From Macrostomum lignano (lineage: Eukaryota), in assembly GCA_002269645.1 (NCBI GenBank), contig NIVC01000138.1, forward strand, positions 84,442 through 148,441: a stretch of 64,000 nt of DNA, written 5' to 3'. Below the pieces are notes generated by a model. The model did no database searches, had not been told where the DNA came from, and worked only from the letters and a program-made list of their open reading frames with translations. Within the stretch, counting starts at the first letter, position 1; every line of letters begins with the position of its first letter. Below, in pieces: positions 44,719-62,245 of this stretch. The position numbers were made by a program, and so were the translations under genes.

Positions 44719-44737
44719 CACAGACAGACAGACAGAC

Positions 44738-44774
<37 letters not shown>

Positions 44775-45331
44775 GGCAGCGCACCCACCTGGCGAGTGAG
44801 CAGCCACCAGGCCAGGCCAACGCTATGCACATTATTATTATTGCATGGCACGGCGATGTCAACGTAGCGAATGGAGGCGTCCGAGTTGCACAGAGCCACC
44901 ACGGGCAGGTTGACATAGTGAGACTCGGCGATGGCCTGGTGGTCCTGGCGCGGACAGCTGGCTATTAGCAGGCGCGGCTCGCGGAAGGCGGCCTGGATCT
45001 GGTTGGTGAGCGTGCCGGGAGTGAATCGGCCAGCGATAGGCGTGGCGCCCGTGTACCTGGCGAACTTGAGCACGGCCCGTTGAGCATGCACGGTGCTGGC
45101 GATGGCGAACACATCGGCCGGATTCTCAACCGAAGCGATTGCCCGGGCGGCTAAAACAATTTTCTCCCAGATCTTCTTGCAATTGAAGATGTTAACACCG
45201 GCTTTGGTGCGGCCGAATATGTACGGCTCCATCTGGAAGTCGGTGTTCCTGGCGCCGATGTGCATCTGGGCGGCGATCATCAGCTTGGCGTCGGAGTCTT
45301 TCAGACTCAGGCAGTCAATTCCGGAAGTCAT
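43706..45331 (-). CDS. RPSA: 40S ribosomal protein SA (uS2 / laminin receptor), 300 aa, 2 coding exons
   Basis: Exons 45331-44789 and 44065-43706. Motifs [46 protein letters not shown]-terminal EDW repeats. Confidence 0.97.
44200..44780. repeat. (GACA)n microsatellite in the RPSA intron
   Basis: Seen directly. Confidence 0.97.
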
Positions 45332-45484
45332 CCTTGTACTAGCGTTAACTGGCAGCAATATGTGGATAATGGCTTTTTTATGAAGCACTAGAGACTACTG
45401 AGAGTAAGTAAAAAAGATTTTTTTCTTTGGAAAGAACTACATTCGAATTTAAAGACTTTGAAAGATGCGTCAAATTCAAGCTAG

Positions 45485-46490
45485 AGTCTGATTTGGGATT
45501 TGGGAAGATGTGAGAGTTGGATTAGGGATTTGGGAAGATGTGAGAGTTGGATTAGGGATTTGGGAAGATGTGAGAGTTGGATTTGGGATTAGGGAAGATG
45601 TGAGAGTCGGATTTGGGATTAGAAAAGATGTTAGAGTCGGATTTGGGATTAGGGAAGATGTGAGAGTTGGATTTGGGATTTGGGAAGATGTGAGAGCCTG
45701 ATTTGGGATTTGGGAAGATGTGAGAGTTGGATTTGGGATTAGGGAAGATGTGAGAGTCGGATTTGGGATTTGGGAAGATGTGGGAGTCGGATTTGGGATT
45801 TGGGAAGATGTGAGTTTGATTAGGGATTTGGGAAGATGTGAGAGTCTGATTTGGGATTTGGGATTGGGAAGATGTGAGAGTTGGATTTAGGATTTGGGAT
45901 TTGGAAAGATGTGAGTCTGATTTGGGATTTGGGAAGATGTGAGTCTGATTTGGGATTTGGGAAGATGTGAGTCTGATTTGGGATTTGGGAAGATGTGAGT
46001 CTGATTTGGGATTTGGGATTGGGAAGATGTGAGTCTGATTTGGGATTTGGGAAGATGTGAGTCTGATTTGGGATTTGGGAAGATGTGAGAGTTGGATTTG
46101 GGATTTGGGAAGATGTGAGTCTGATTTGGGATTTGGGAAGATGTGAGAGTCTGATTTGGGATTTGGGAAGATGTGAGTCTGATTTGGGATTTGGGAAGAT
46201 GTGAGAGTCTGATTTGGGATTAGGGAAGATGTGAGAGTTGGATTTGGGATTTGGGAAGATGTGAGTCTGATTTGGGATTTGGGAAGATGTGAGAGTCTGA
46301 TTTGGGATTTGGGAAGATGTGAGTCTGATTTGGGATTTGGGAAGATGTGAGTCTGATTTGGGATTTGGGAAGATGTGAGAGTCTGATTTGGGATTTGGGA
46401 AGATGTGAGTCTGATTTGGGATTTGGGATTGGGAAGATGTGAGAGTTGGATTTGGGATTGGGAAGATGTGAGTCGGATGAGGATTTGAGA
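45485..46490. repeat. 24-30-bp G-rich minisatellite (gatttgggatttgggaagatgtgagagt)
   Basis: About 38 units just upstream of the RPSA ATG. Confidence 0.95.
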
Positions 46491-47654
46491 CGTGTTAAAT
46501 AGGGGAATGGTTAGGAAAATGTGAGAGACTGATTCAGGATTTTAAAGGGATCAAAGGAAAGGTTAGGGTTAGGCCATAGGCTTAAAGGGAGTCTTAGATG
46601 CCAAAGCTCACAGGGGATGCTGATATCTTAGGCTAAGTAGCTGCCTTTCAGGTCTGATGCTTTTTTTGCTTTGAACAGCATTTCCCTAAGAAACTCAAAA
46701 GATCAGAAACTAATTGCAGTTTATTCAAACATCATTTTTTCCTTTATTGCCTCCCCATTGTGGGGGGGCGAAAATTGCTAGTAACGACTAAAAAGCAGAG
46801 CTATATATATATATGATTGATATATGAAACTGCAAGCATGTACATACCTTTTTATATAAAATATGTAGGCAATCAAAGAAAGCAATTATAAAATGAAAAT
46901 CGATAATTTATACACAATAGATCTGCTTCTTCAATTACAGTACGTGACCAGCAATGAGTATTAGTAATTTTTAATTTTATATTATTATTCAAATACCGCT
47001 AGAAAGAATCACAAAAAACGAATAATTAATTTAGAATTTAAAATAAGTCAAAGCACCTATTAGAATCGATTTGAGTGAAAATCATAAACATAATTCAGCA
47101 CAATTTGGTATTCCTATATTAATAAAATCACCGAATTACGCTCGTACAACAAAACAGGCTTTAAAAAAAGATTATCGATACAATTATGTAGAAAAACAAT
47201 CTAAGCGGACTGACTGACTGGCAAATATTTTGTAGACTGGAAAAATATAATTTGTAATACAGTAATAAAATACTGCAATTAGGATAGAGGGGAGCTCACA
47301 GATACTAACCGTTGCCAGATTTGCTTAACTTTCAGTGCTGGCCGAAAAATTAAAGACGATCCTGCGTTTATATCAGTCTTATAGCGCAATAGTTGTAATA
47401 AATCAACTTCAAATTCGTGCCAAATAGATGAAATTGATAAAAAAAACTCTAAACACTATCGAAGTTGACTTTATAAACACCCTAAACTGTATACGGCATA
47501 GGTTAAGCTTTGGAAAGCATCCTAAAGGTTTAAAACTTTTTGGCGCTAATTTGAATTGAATTTAAAATGAACCAACAGCCGTCAACCGTCAAGTCAGACT
47601 AATCTTACAAAGCATATGCTATTAGTAATCGTAGTTTAACAAATACTTATAACG

Positions 47655-48153
47655 TTAAAAGTCTCCAGAATTAAGTTCATCTTCATCGTCCATCATGTGA
47701 TATTCGGCAAATGATTGCCATAGCATAGCAACAGCTACCCACCATAGTAGTAATTGGAGTAGTGCCCCAGTCAGTTTGGCATAGTGCACGTGAGCAGGCA
47801 CAGCGAAATCCCATCGCATAGTGTGCAGATTCCTAGCGTACAGAGCGGTGCCTATCGTCATGGAAACGGTGGAATAGGCGAATAGGCACAGACAGACGGA
47901 CTGATCGTGGACAGGACTTTGAATACCGTGAGCAGTTAGGGCTGCTATGCTGCTCAACATGCCATTGCGAGTCCAAGATAAGTAACTGTTATCGTTTGAC
48001 AGCCGGTTGGCCACCCAGCTGGCTTTGCGGGCTTCGGCTTGCTGCTGCTTGCCGATTAGCTGCCAGATTTGCTGGCGACGCTGGTTGCCATAGCGACCGG
48101 TTGCTAGGCAACGTTTTATTATTAGAGCTGGTGACGACAAACCGCTGCATCTG
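47655..48153 (-). CDS. TMEM160: TMEM160-like membrane protein (5' exon not resolved)
   Basis: ASWVANRLSNDNSYLSWTRNGML resembles TMEM160 ADAWLLRKAHETAFLSWFRNGLL; three hydrophobic segments and an acidic tail; pyrimidine tract and cag acceptor at ~48153. Confidence 0.72.
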
Positions 48154-48221
48154 CTGGAGATGCGAGAGCAGCCACAGCGACAATTGGGAATGATGGGAAG
48201 CAGGAATGTTCCACGCTTACA

Positions 48222-48610
48222 AATGGATTGCTAATCTATAGCTTATAGATAGATTACTAATCTGTAGCTTATAGATGGATTGCTAATCTATAACTTATAG
48301 ATGGATTGCTAATCTATAGCTTATAGATGGATTGCTAATCTATAGCTTATAGATGGATTGCTAGTCTATAGCTTATAGATGGGTTGCTAGTCTATAGCTT
48401 ATAGATGGATTGCTAATCTATAGCTTATAGATGGATTGCTAATCTATAACTTATAGATGGATTGCTAATCTATAACTTATAGATGGATTGCTAATCTATA
48501 GCTTATAGATGGATTGCTAATCTATAGCTTATAGATGGATTGCTAATCTTTAGCTTATAGATGGATTGCTAATCTATAGCTTATAGATGGATTGCTAGTC
48601 TGTAGCTTAG
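48222..48610. repeat. 26-bp minisatellite (gcttatagatggattgctaatctata)
   Basis: About 15 units. Confidence 0.95.
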
Positions 48611-49174
48611 TTGGATTACTGCAAAACGGTGCAACAAGAACTAATGTGGTGACATGACGAACTTTCATTGAAATGAGAAACATTAAATGAAAAGTATGAA
48701 TCAAACACGATCGCACCATATTATGTAATAAGTCAACAAAGCTTAGTGCGTTTTACAAAAATTTATTTGTTAAAACAAAAAACTGGGTGCAGGATTATAT
48801 AGGGGAATATCTATAACAATAGCATAACTACTCGTAAAGAGAAATTATGCACACTGGACATCGTTGGAATTATGCAATTTTGAGTTATAAATCAATAATG
48901 TAGAAGAACAGACAGATGTTTAATAAGATGACTTCAATACACACATGAGCACGGGTTGGACTTATCAATTTTCTATACCTACAAACTACTAAAAGTAAGA
49001 CGATTGCCAACTAAAAGTGTACAGTTCGAAAAATGTGCTTGCAATTGTCAAAATGAGATTCATTATATAAAATGACATTAGTGTCTGTGCGGCGTGAATC
49101 GAATGCACTTTGGAAATAACAACAGGAAAGATTGAATTTAGAACAACAGCATTGTGTGCAACAGTGGCTGGCTT

Positions 49175-51130
49175 AGAAACTGGGGATCTGAGAGGCTGGC
49201 CCAGCAGCTGAGGGATCTGAGAGGGTGGCACAGCAACTGAGGATTTGGGAGGGTGGCCCAGCAACTGAGGATCTGGGAGGGTGATGGCCCAGCAACTGAG
49301 GATCTGGGAGGCTGGTCCAGTAACTGAGGATCTGGGAGGGTGATGGCCCAGCAACTGAGGATCTGGGAGCTGAGGGTGATGGCCCAGCAACTGAGGATCT
49401 GGGAGGCTGGTCCAGCAACTGAGGATCTGGGAGGCTGGCCCAGCAGCTGAGGGATCTGGGAGGGTGGCACAGCAACTGAGGATTTGGGAGGGTGGCCCAG
49501 CAACTGAGGATCTGGGAGGCTGGTCCAGTAACTGAGGATCTGGGAGGCTGGTCCAGCAGCTGAGGGATCTGGGAGGGTGGCACAGCAACTGAGGATTTGG
49601 GAGGGTGGCCCAGCAACTGAGGATCTGGGAGGGTGATGGCCCAGCAACTGAGGATCTGGGAGGCTGGTCCAGCAACTGAGGATCTGGGAGGCTGGTCCAG
49701 CAACTGAGGATCTGGGAGGCTGGTCCAGTAACTGAGGATCTGGGAGGCTGGCCCAGCAACTGAGGATCTGGGAGGGTGATGGCCCAGCAACTGAGGATCT
49801 GGGAGGCTGGTCCAGTAACTGAGGATCTGGGAGGCTGGTCCAGCAGCTGAGGGATCTGGGAGGGTGGCACAGCAACTGAGGATTTGGGAGGGTGGCCCAG
49901 CAACTGAGGATCTGGGAGGGTGATGGCCCAGCAACTGAGGATCTGGGAGGCTGGTCCAGCAACTGAGGATCTGGGAGGCTGGTCCAGCAACTGAGGATCT
50001 GGGAGGCTGGTCCAGTAACTGAGGATCTGGGAGGGTGATGGCCCAGCAACTGAGGATCTGGGAGGCTGGTCCAGTAACTGAGGATCTGGGAGGGTGATGG
50101 CCCAGCAACTGAGGATCTGGGAGGCTGGTCCAGTAACTGAGGATCTGGGAGGGTGATGGCCCAGCAACTGAGGATCTGGGAGGCTGGTCCAGTAACTGAG
50201 GATCTGGGAGGGTGATGGCCCAGCAACTGAGGATCTGGGAGGCTGGTCCAGTAACTGAGGATCTGGGAGGGTGATGGCCCAGCAACTGAGGATCTGGGAG
50301 GCTGGTCCAGTAACTGAGGATCTGGGAGGGTGATGGCCCAGCAACTGAGGATCTGGGAGGCTGGTCCAGTAACTGAGGATCTGGGAGGGTGATGGCCCAG
50401 CAACTGAGGATCTGGGAGGCTGGTCCAGTAACTGAGGATCTGGGAGGGTGATGGCCCAGCAACTGAGGATCTGGGAGGCTGGTCCAGCAACTGAGGATCT
50501 GGGAGAGTGATGGCCTAGCAACTGAGGATCTGGGAGGGTGATGGCCCAGCAACTGAGGATCTGGGAGGCTGGTCCAGTAACTGAGGATCTGGGAGGCTGG
50601 TCCAGTAACTGAGGATCTGGGAGGGTGATGGTCCAGCAACTGAGGATCTAGGAGCTGAGGGTGATGGCCCAGCAACTGAGGATCTGGGAGCTGAGGGTGA
50701 TGGCCCAGCAACTGAGGATCTAGGAGCTGAGGGTGATGGCCCAGCAACTGAGGATCTGGGAGAGTGATGGCCTAGCAACTGAGGATCTGGGAGAGTGATG
50801 GCCCAGCAACTGAGGATCTGGGAGGCTGGTCCAGTAACTGAGGATCTGGGAGGCTGGTCCAGTAACTGAGGATCTGGGAGGGTGATGGTCCAGCAACTGA
50901 GGATCTAGGAGCTGAGGGTGATGGCCCAGCAACTGAGGATCTAGGAGCTGAGGGTGATGGCCCAGCAACTGAGGATCTAGGAGCTGAGGGTGATGGCCCA
51001 GCAACTGAGGATCTAGGAGCTGAGGGTGATGGCCCAGCAACTGAGGATCTAGGAGCTGAGGGTGATGGCCCAGCAACTGAGGATCTAGGAGCTGAGGGTG
51101 ATGGCCCAGCAACTGAGGATCTGGGAGGCA
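49175..51130. repeat. Complex minisatellite of 28/31/36-bp variants around the core cagcaactgaggatctgggag
   Basis: Reverse complement of the 21373-22100 unit, with interspersed variants and higher-order blocks. Confidence 0.95.
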
Positions 51131-51633
51131 ATGAATCACTCATGGTGCTGTCAAATAGTGATGGCTAATAACTAAACAAGCACTTCCTGCAGCATATCTT
51201 AAAACCAATCTTCAGACTTGCAACAAGCAACAATATCTTTGACATAGCAAACAAAAAAGAAAAAACAAGCAAACAATACTGAACGTGACAAATGACGAAA
51301 GCTGCGCAGAAAAAACGCATTTAGAAGCATATTTAATATAATATACATATTTATGACAGGAAAATTCAAAAGCTGTAGGAATACGTCGTACAATACAAAT
51401 GTGAAGAATATGTGCACTATTATATAACAATATAAAAAATCCTGATTACAAAACCCAATGACTACAAGGAAATGACTTAAGCAATTATGGAACAGTGCGT
51501 CGAAAATTGAAAAATAAATGGAAGCAAAATAATGAAAAAAGCCCAATAAAACTCAAAACTTGGGTAGAGTTCAGGTGGTTTTTTGTCAAAGGTAGAGCAG
51601 GAGCATGTATTGAAGACAATCAGGTTTTGCTGG

Positions 51634-55244
<3,611 letters not shown>

Positions 55245-55387
55245 TTAAAGTACTATTTTGTCTATGACTTTCAAGCTTTAAATTTAAATACAATAAAGAC
55301 TGCGGTTGCCAAAATGATGAATATATAGTTCTATAGTCAAATTTTGAATATTTTACTCTGAGAAAGATTTTTACATTATTTAAGCTA

Positions 55388-56686
55388 TCGCTTTTGACGC
55401 TCTAGATAAGACTTTAGACATTCAAAATAAGACTGCATAGGATCGCAAGCAAGGCCAGGCTAGCCACGGCCAGAGCAAGCTCAGTCTTGGCTGCAGGGAT
55501 GGCTTGGCCATAGACTAAAAAATGGAACATCAAAATGAGAATAAGACGCTCAATATGAGACTGAGTGTGAAAGCCTTCAGATATAGCTCTAACCCTCAGC
55601 CAGCTCTCCTTCTTCACCCCTTGGGTTGCATCTGACCCCTTGGATTTCACTGTGATGGCACCATCGATTCCTGCAGCAGACCGTCAGCGTCTGATCGACG
55701 CAGTAAACAATGGATCAACCATCCTAGCTGCCGCTCAAATTCTCAAGATCAAGAGAGCGTCCGCCTTTAGGATCGCTGCGGAGTTCCGCCTCCATGGCAG
55801 AGTTGAATCCCTACCTCGTGGCGGTCGGAGAGAAGAAAATTGCAAGGCTGACAACGAGATGAGAGACTTCCTGACTGAGACGCTGGAGGAAAATCCCTTC
55901 CTCACACTCAAGGAAATGTCCTCACGTCTGGCTACGCAGTTTCCGGAAAAGCCGCAAGTCAGCTACAAGTGCGTGGACCGAATGCTGCACGGTCTGCTAT
56001 ACACCGTGAAGCTGGCTGTCAAAGGCACTGACGTGATGGATGGGCCAAATTTTCATCGTAAGGCGAGGGTCCCTCAGCAGCTTCAGAACCAGATCTCCAT
56101 CAGGATTCTGCCACCATACTCGCCTTTCCTCAATCCTGTGGAGCTCGCGAACTCAGCACTCAAGGCGCGCATTCGCCAGATGCTGGCGAACCCTGAGCTA
56201 GTCGAGGAAGAGGCTGCTTCACCTGCAGATTTCACACAAGAGGAGTGGCGCTTCATGCTGCTGGAGCGGATTGCACGGGAGGCAGTCGGCCTCGTCATCA
56301 CAGCTGAGAAGGCGGCCAGATGGGAACTCCGCTGTCAGAGGCACTTTGGCAGGTGCTTAAATCGAATGGCCTTCTGACGCAGTCTGCCAGGCTGACTTCA
56401 GTGATGGACTAAACATTTCGATATGCTATTCTGCTTCTTGTTTATTGCCTAATTTCTCCTTAGCTGTTTGTATGGTGACTGCCAAAAAGCAAATAAATTA
56501 CGTTCACTCCCGGTCTTATATTGAGCGTCTTATTCTCATTTTGATATTCCATTTTTTAGTCTATGGCCAAGCCATCCCTGCAGCCAAGACTGAGCTTGCT
56601 CTGGCCGTGGCTAGCCTGGCCTTGCTTGCGATCCTATGCAGTCTTATTTTGAATGTCTAAAGTCTTATCTAGAGTGTCAAAAGCGA
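55388..56686 (+). mobile_element. IS630/Tc1/mariner element with ~174-bp TIRs, internally deleted
   Basis: TIRs 55388-55561 and 56513-56686 are near-identical; TA on both sides (55386-55387, 56687-56688). Confidence 0.92.
55655..56377 (+). pseudogene. IS630-like transposase with an in-frame internal deletion (240-codon ORF)
   Basis: Bipartite HTH (RLIDAV...AAAQILKIKRASAFRI; LEENPFLTLKEM) fused directly to VMDGPNFH (second D) and LPPYSPFLNPVE (E); the first-D region is absent. Confidence 0.82.
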
Positions 56687-58325
56687 TACTAATAACCATT
56701 TAAGAAGTGATATAAGTCAATGAAAGACATGAAAAACATTTTGTAAAATGAATCTTAAACAGAAGTGAAAAAACTTTAAAATTACCATAGTTGGGATCAT
56801 GGTATTTATGCTAGAAAATTCTGCCATATATATTTGCTATGGTTACTATGGCTAATATACAAAGAATAAGCTAAAATGGTAAGCATACTTGGCATATTTA
56901 TTGTAGGAATTTAAACAGACAAAATTAAAACTTCTATGCAAATGGCTACAATATACTATAAAAACTATAATTACTAATTACTTTTATTGAAAAGTTATTT
57001 TTTATAATTCATAATTTTCAAGATTTTTTGCAACATATTACAAATGATTTCAAAGCTTTAAGAACTGTTAAGTCAAGCCTAACATAACTTCATTACTTAT
57101 GACTTTTCAGATAAAAGTTAAAATTTACTTTTTCTACTAGTTAGACTAACTTGGCATTTGTTTAAACCAACTTTGCCCAACACTAACTACAGCCAAATAG
57201 ATATATATAAAAAGCCACAAATACAGTATGCCTATGAAAACACATGCTTTCCATATACTATTTTTTGTAGCTATAAATAAAGAAATATGATTTAGAATAA
57301 AGCAATATGTTATATTTAATTATATCTTTAATAGATATATCATTTGAAATATGACTATAGTAAAGTCTTTATTAAGTCTTGGATAATATTGCAATATCTA
57401 TATATTCATATACATGCAATGCCTCTGATTTATACCAGCCATGTGACTTACTTTTTGACCAAAAATGCAACTTACCTATAAAAGAAATGTATGCAACAAT
57501 TATTTGAATTTTGGATACATGACAAGAGTAATTATGACTATATTATTAAAGCTAAATGCCTTGTTATCTAATTAGTACTATGACTATTTTTGGGTAGGAA
57601 TTTCTGCAAAATTACTTTGGCTAGGCCCCTTACTAGCTAGCTAGATTGGCTAGCTTAGCCAGGTCTTGCACATGCATATATATACATATATATAATTACA
57701 TATTGTATATATATAAATCATTATGCCATTTTCAATTTTGACGTGCCATTGGCATAAAATGTAAAATAGCACTTTGTGCACCCATATTAGTGTTTCTTTT
57801 CAGATTTAGATGAAAGTGATAATAGGTAATGAACAAATTTAAAAGCTAAACTGAAGTTTGGGATTGGGGATTCAGCATTGGCAATTTAGCAATGGCATGG
57901 CATAATGGCAAAAAATGGCATGCCTATGACACAAAAACCTAGGTTTGATTGCACAAAGATTTGTGTTTGCTCAATGGAAGCAAAGGGATATGAAAGATTT
58001 GTTAAATTTGTGGTAAGTCTGTGAAGCCTTAGTGCATTAGTTGGATTTTGATTGGTCAAACAATTGAGTTTGCCTTTAGTGAAACAAAGGACTAGCTTAT
58101 TTCAAGCAAGGTATTGATGCACTATAACCCATTGAAAAAGCTGAAGTTAGAGTGTGATACTTCACCCTATGGTCTTGGAACTGTGATCTCGCATGAAACG
58201 CTGACTAGGGATAAACCAATTGCATATTTATTAAGAACTCTGTCATCAGCTAAAAAGATTTAAATGCAAATAGAAAACAAGGCTCTCACAATAATTTTTG
58301 GTCTCAAGAGATTTCATAAGTATTT

Positions 58326-59112
58326 GGCTCATTCCATATAAGCATGGTCGTAACATGACAGGCTATTTTTACTTATAAAATGAAATATAATAATAGAATA
58401 TACTAAACCAATATTTTAAATGAAAGATAATTTTGTCAAAAATATTTTTATAGAGTTTCATGTAGATATCATCATTAGTATAGATGCTATTAAACCTTGA
58501 ATGGCACTTATGGTCGTAACAACAGGATTTTTGACATATAGAAACTAAAAGGTAAAAGTCTTATAACATTTTTATTTTTGATATTTTGCAATACATTTTT
58601 TAAAATTTGACTCAGAAAATCTGTAGTAATCATACTCTTTTTGTAGAATATATAAACTCAAAAAGGCAACAAAGATACAAAAGAAAAGGCAGCCTTATGG
58701 TCGTAACATTATGGTCGTAACATATTTTTTTCTGTCAATTCAGTAACTTTGAGGTACCAATATATTAAAAATATAATAGATTATTTGGTCACCAATACTT
58801 TTATCTGATGATGCAAGTACTATACTTTTATCTATAGTTTGTTTCAACCTTCCAAAGCTTTCTATTTGTTTTTAAAAGGTACACAAACTTAATGATGTCT
58901 TTTGCTTAGAAAAATGTCTAAATTTTTACAAAAATGACTTTTTGCCACTTGATAGCATACTAATCTAACATTTTATCATTCATTTATTCTTAGATTGTAG
59001 ATATTACACATAAAAAACATTTGGTAAAAAAATTGGCTGATAAGGCAATGGCAAGCAAAAATATTGACTTTTTTCTATTTTCCAAAAATGTCCATCTTAT
59101 ATGGAATGAGCC
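58326..59112. mobile_element. Non-autonomous DNA transposon (787 bp), possibly Sola1-like
   Basis: 17-bp perfect TIR ggctcattccatataag / cttatatggaatgagcc; 4-bp TSD ATTT. Excision restores the Gypsy codons K-Y-L-F-G. Internal atggtcgtaac occurs 4 times. Confidence 0.8.
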
Positions 59113-59530
59113 ATTTGTTTGGTCAATCATTCACGCTTGTAATTGATCACAATCCTCTCATAGCACTATTTGATCCACAAAGACCAATTCCACTTATAGC
59201 AGCCAGCCAATTGCAAAGATGGGCCATGCTCTTTGATGCACACTTTACAACATAAAGTTCAGAAAAACTTACTATCATTACAATGCTAGTGGGCTATCAA
59301 GGCTCCCAGAAAAGTGTAAAAACAATAACAAAACAACCTTGAGCTTGGTTCAGCAAGTCTTAATTAGCAGACTTCTAGTACAAGCTAACATCATTGCAAA
59401 AGAAACCTTGAAGGACCCTGTTCTCAAGAAAATACTGATTCTATCTAGGCAAGGATGGCTAGATTCTACCACTAAAATCGAAGCTAATATGAAGTGTTGG
59501 TGGACTTTTTCATTGGAGAGAGAGAGAGTT

Positions 59531-59824
59531 CATACATGCGCAACCTCCAAAATTTGGTCGGCCGTGCGACTTAGTTTTAACAAAAATGCGACGTAGTTTT
59601 TGGCCAAAAATGCGACTTACATGTAAAAAAACCTCAAGCAAATAAATGCAACTATGGGTAAACGGTAGGAGTAACTATGACTGTCTTATTAAGACAAAAT
59701 GCCTCGTCAGCTACTTAGTACTACTACTTTGGTTTTTTTGGGTGGGCATTTTTGCGACTTCCTTGGTTGGCTGCCAAATCGGTCAGCCAGATCGGCCGAC
59801 TCGGCCGACTGTTGCGCATGTATG
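59531..59824. mobile_element. MITE (294 bp) with an 8-bp TSD, hAT- or P-like
   Basis: 14-bp TIR catacatgcgcaac / gttgcgcatgtatg; TSD agagagtt (59523-59530, 59825-59832). Confidence 0.82.
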
Positions 59825-61944
59825 AGAGAGTTCTAATTCAGGATTTACAAAGAGGAAAAGACAGATAGGCTCTGGGAACTATTCTGAGATGTACAGCCCT
59901 GTTGAATTATTCTGTTTGAGTTGGTAAGTTACTTTGGAAACGTCACTTAGATCAGCTTCTAAAGATAAGACAATGACTAAAAGAATATTGAGCTAAAGCT
60001 GATGGAATGATTCTAAAATGAATGATTCTGTTGAAACAGAACAAGATGCTTCATAGCTTATAGAAAAGGCTGATAGAAATTTTGATCAACTACCAGAAAA
60101 GTTTGAAACTGACTAGCAACTAGGACCTAGTTACAATCTCCGGAATAGAGCATTGTTAAAAATGTCAACATGTTACAATTCAAGAAAAGGAAAGGTGTGA
60201 TGCCTATGGTATTGAATATTTTAGTTTGACTCTTGTTGTTCACTAACTCAGTTACTTTCTAAAAGAAAAGAACACCTTTTTGTATGGGTATAAGCCAAAT
60301 TCAAATATATTATTAATATATGCATTTTATATAACAAGTCTAACCAATATTTTCCCACTCACTATGATATAACATTAATATTATAAATTGTTTCAAATAT
60401 AACTTTTTATGAATGTTATCAAAAAGCTATTGCTAAAATAGTCTATTACTAAATTGGACTATTGCTACTGTTATAATTATTTGTGGCACCTATTATTACT
60501 GTTATAATTTAGACTATTAAAATAAAAGGCACTAGTACAATTTTGTTTGTGGAATTATTTTTCTATTGAATTTAGCTAAACTAATAATTTAAAAAATTTC
60601 TTACTCCTAAGAGTGCAAGGAACTGTTATAACATATTAAATATTTGTTGGTTTGTTTATAACAATAAATGTAACAATAAACTAGAAAATGAGTTTGTAGT
60701 TTAGTAAATATATAGTTATGGCTCAATTGTTGGCCTAGGTGGATATCCAGCCATTTTTGGTCTCAATGGTAAAATATACTTATTAGAATACTTTTTGCTT
60801 TAGAAAAGATAACTTTGGTAAAAATGCTTTCTGCTATTCTCCCTCCTTATAGTATAGAAGGACAGGTATAAAATGAAAATTTCTATCATACACAAGAATC
60901 ACCCATCGCACATATCGTATATTGCTCTTTTTGTGGGATATTTTATTGGGTATATTGGGTTTATTGGATACACTATTGGGTCCACACTTGTACAACAACC
61001 ATTGTACCATTTAGACATATACATTATACAAGTCATATGTTGCAAAGCATTTTTTCATTAACTGTAGTTCGTAAGTCATTTTCATATTTAAAAACTCATT
61101 TACCATGGAACTATTGCCAACAAAAGAAAAATAAAAATAAAAATTCATGCATTAGAAAACTTTGATATTTGATTTGTTTTTTAACTGATTTGCATTGTAT
61201 GTAGTCAGTAAATTACAACATAGTTGTTGTTTTACTGCACTTTTTAGAATAATTACTGGACTATTCCTGACTTACTAGTGGGGTCAGTGGTGCATTTTTC
61301 TCACTTTTATTGGATTTATATTATGCTCACGTTTATTCCTATTGTATCCTATTGTATACTAGTAGTACCATTTTTCAATCGCTGTTATAATATTGTACAA
61401 CAAGCCAAAATTTAAATTTAGATTCTATTGTACAGACATCCTACACTATAGCTCCTCCTTACTCAGCAATTTTGGGCCATAGATAACTCACAGGGTAGAC
61501 TTCTTTGCAATGTCTTTATCATACAAATCATTGATTCAAATCTTTGGCATTGGTGCAAATTCAAATGAAAAATAAGTTCATGAAATATTGCCAATTATGA
61601 TATTGAAATATTGTCAGAATTATTAATCATTGAAACTAGCACAAATTCAAAAGAAAAATAAATTTGCAAATGAAATTATTCCAATGCTAAATAATGATTA
61701 TATAATTTATAAATGACTAATTTAATGGTTATTTTACAAATAGTGATAAACATACATGCCCAACACCCATCCGACCCATCCAAATTGGATGGGTAAAATG
61801 GCCACTGGCTAAGGTAAGTTGCAAAATTGAAAATGGAAAAAAACAAAAAGTTGGGGGAAGAGAAAAGGAAAAGATAGGAGGAAGAAGAGAGAGGGAAAGA
61901 GGAGAGAGAAAGAGAAAGAAAAGAAAAGAGAACAGCAGAACTAA

Positions 61945-62245
61945 GTTGCAATTAGGAAGAAATAAGTTGCAATCAGGAGGAACTAAGTCGCAATTGAGAG
62001 GAACTAAGTCACAATTAGGAGGAACTAAGTCGCAATCAGGAGGAACTAAGTTGCAATTAAGAGGAACTAAGTCACAATCGGGAGAAACTAAGTCGCAATT
62101 GGGAAGAACTAAGTCACAATTAGGAGGAACTAAGTCGCAATCAGGAGGAACTAAGTTGCAATCGAGAGGAACTAAGTCACAATTGGGAGGAACTAAGTCA
62201 TAATCAGGAGGAACTAAGTTGCAATTGGGAGGAACTAAGGTGCAA
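61945..62245. repeat. 21-bp minisatellite (ggaggaactaagtcgcaatta)
   Basis: About 14 units. Confidence 0.92.

Larger units (their letters stand above)
57990..60200 (+). mobile_element. Degenerate Ty3/Gypsy LTR retrotransposon pol remnant (RNase H region and 3' end), split by two DNA elements
   Basis: Conceptual translation LECDTSPYGLGTVISH..PIAY..RTLS..IENKALTIIFGLKRFHKYL|FGQSFTLVIDHNPL..AASQLQRWA, with stops. Possible PPT aagaaaaggaaagg followed by TGT at 60196. Confidence 0.8.
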
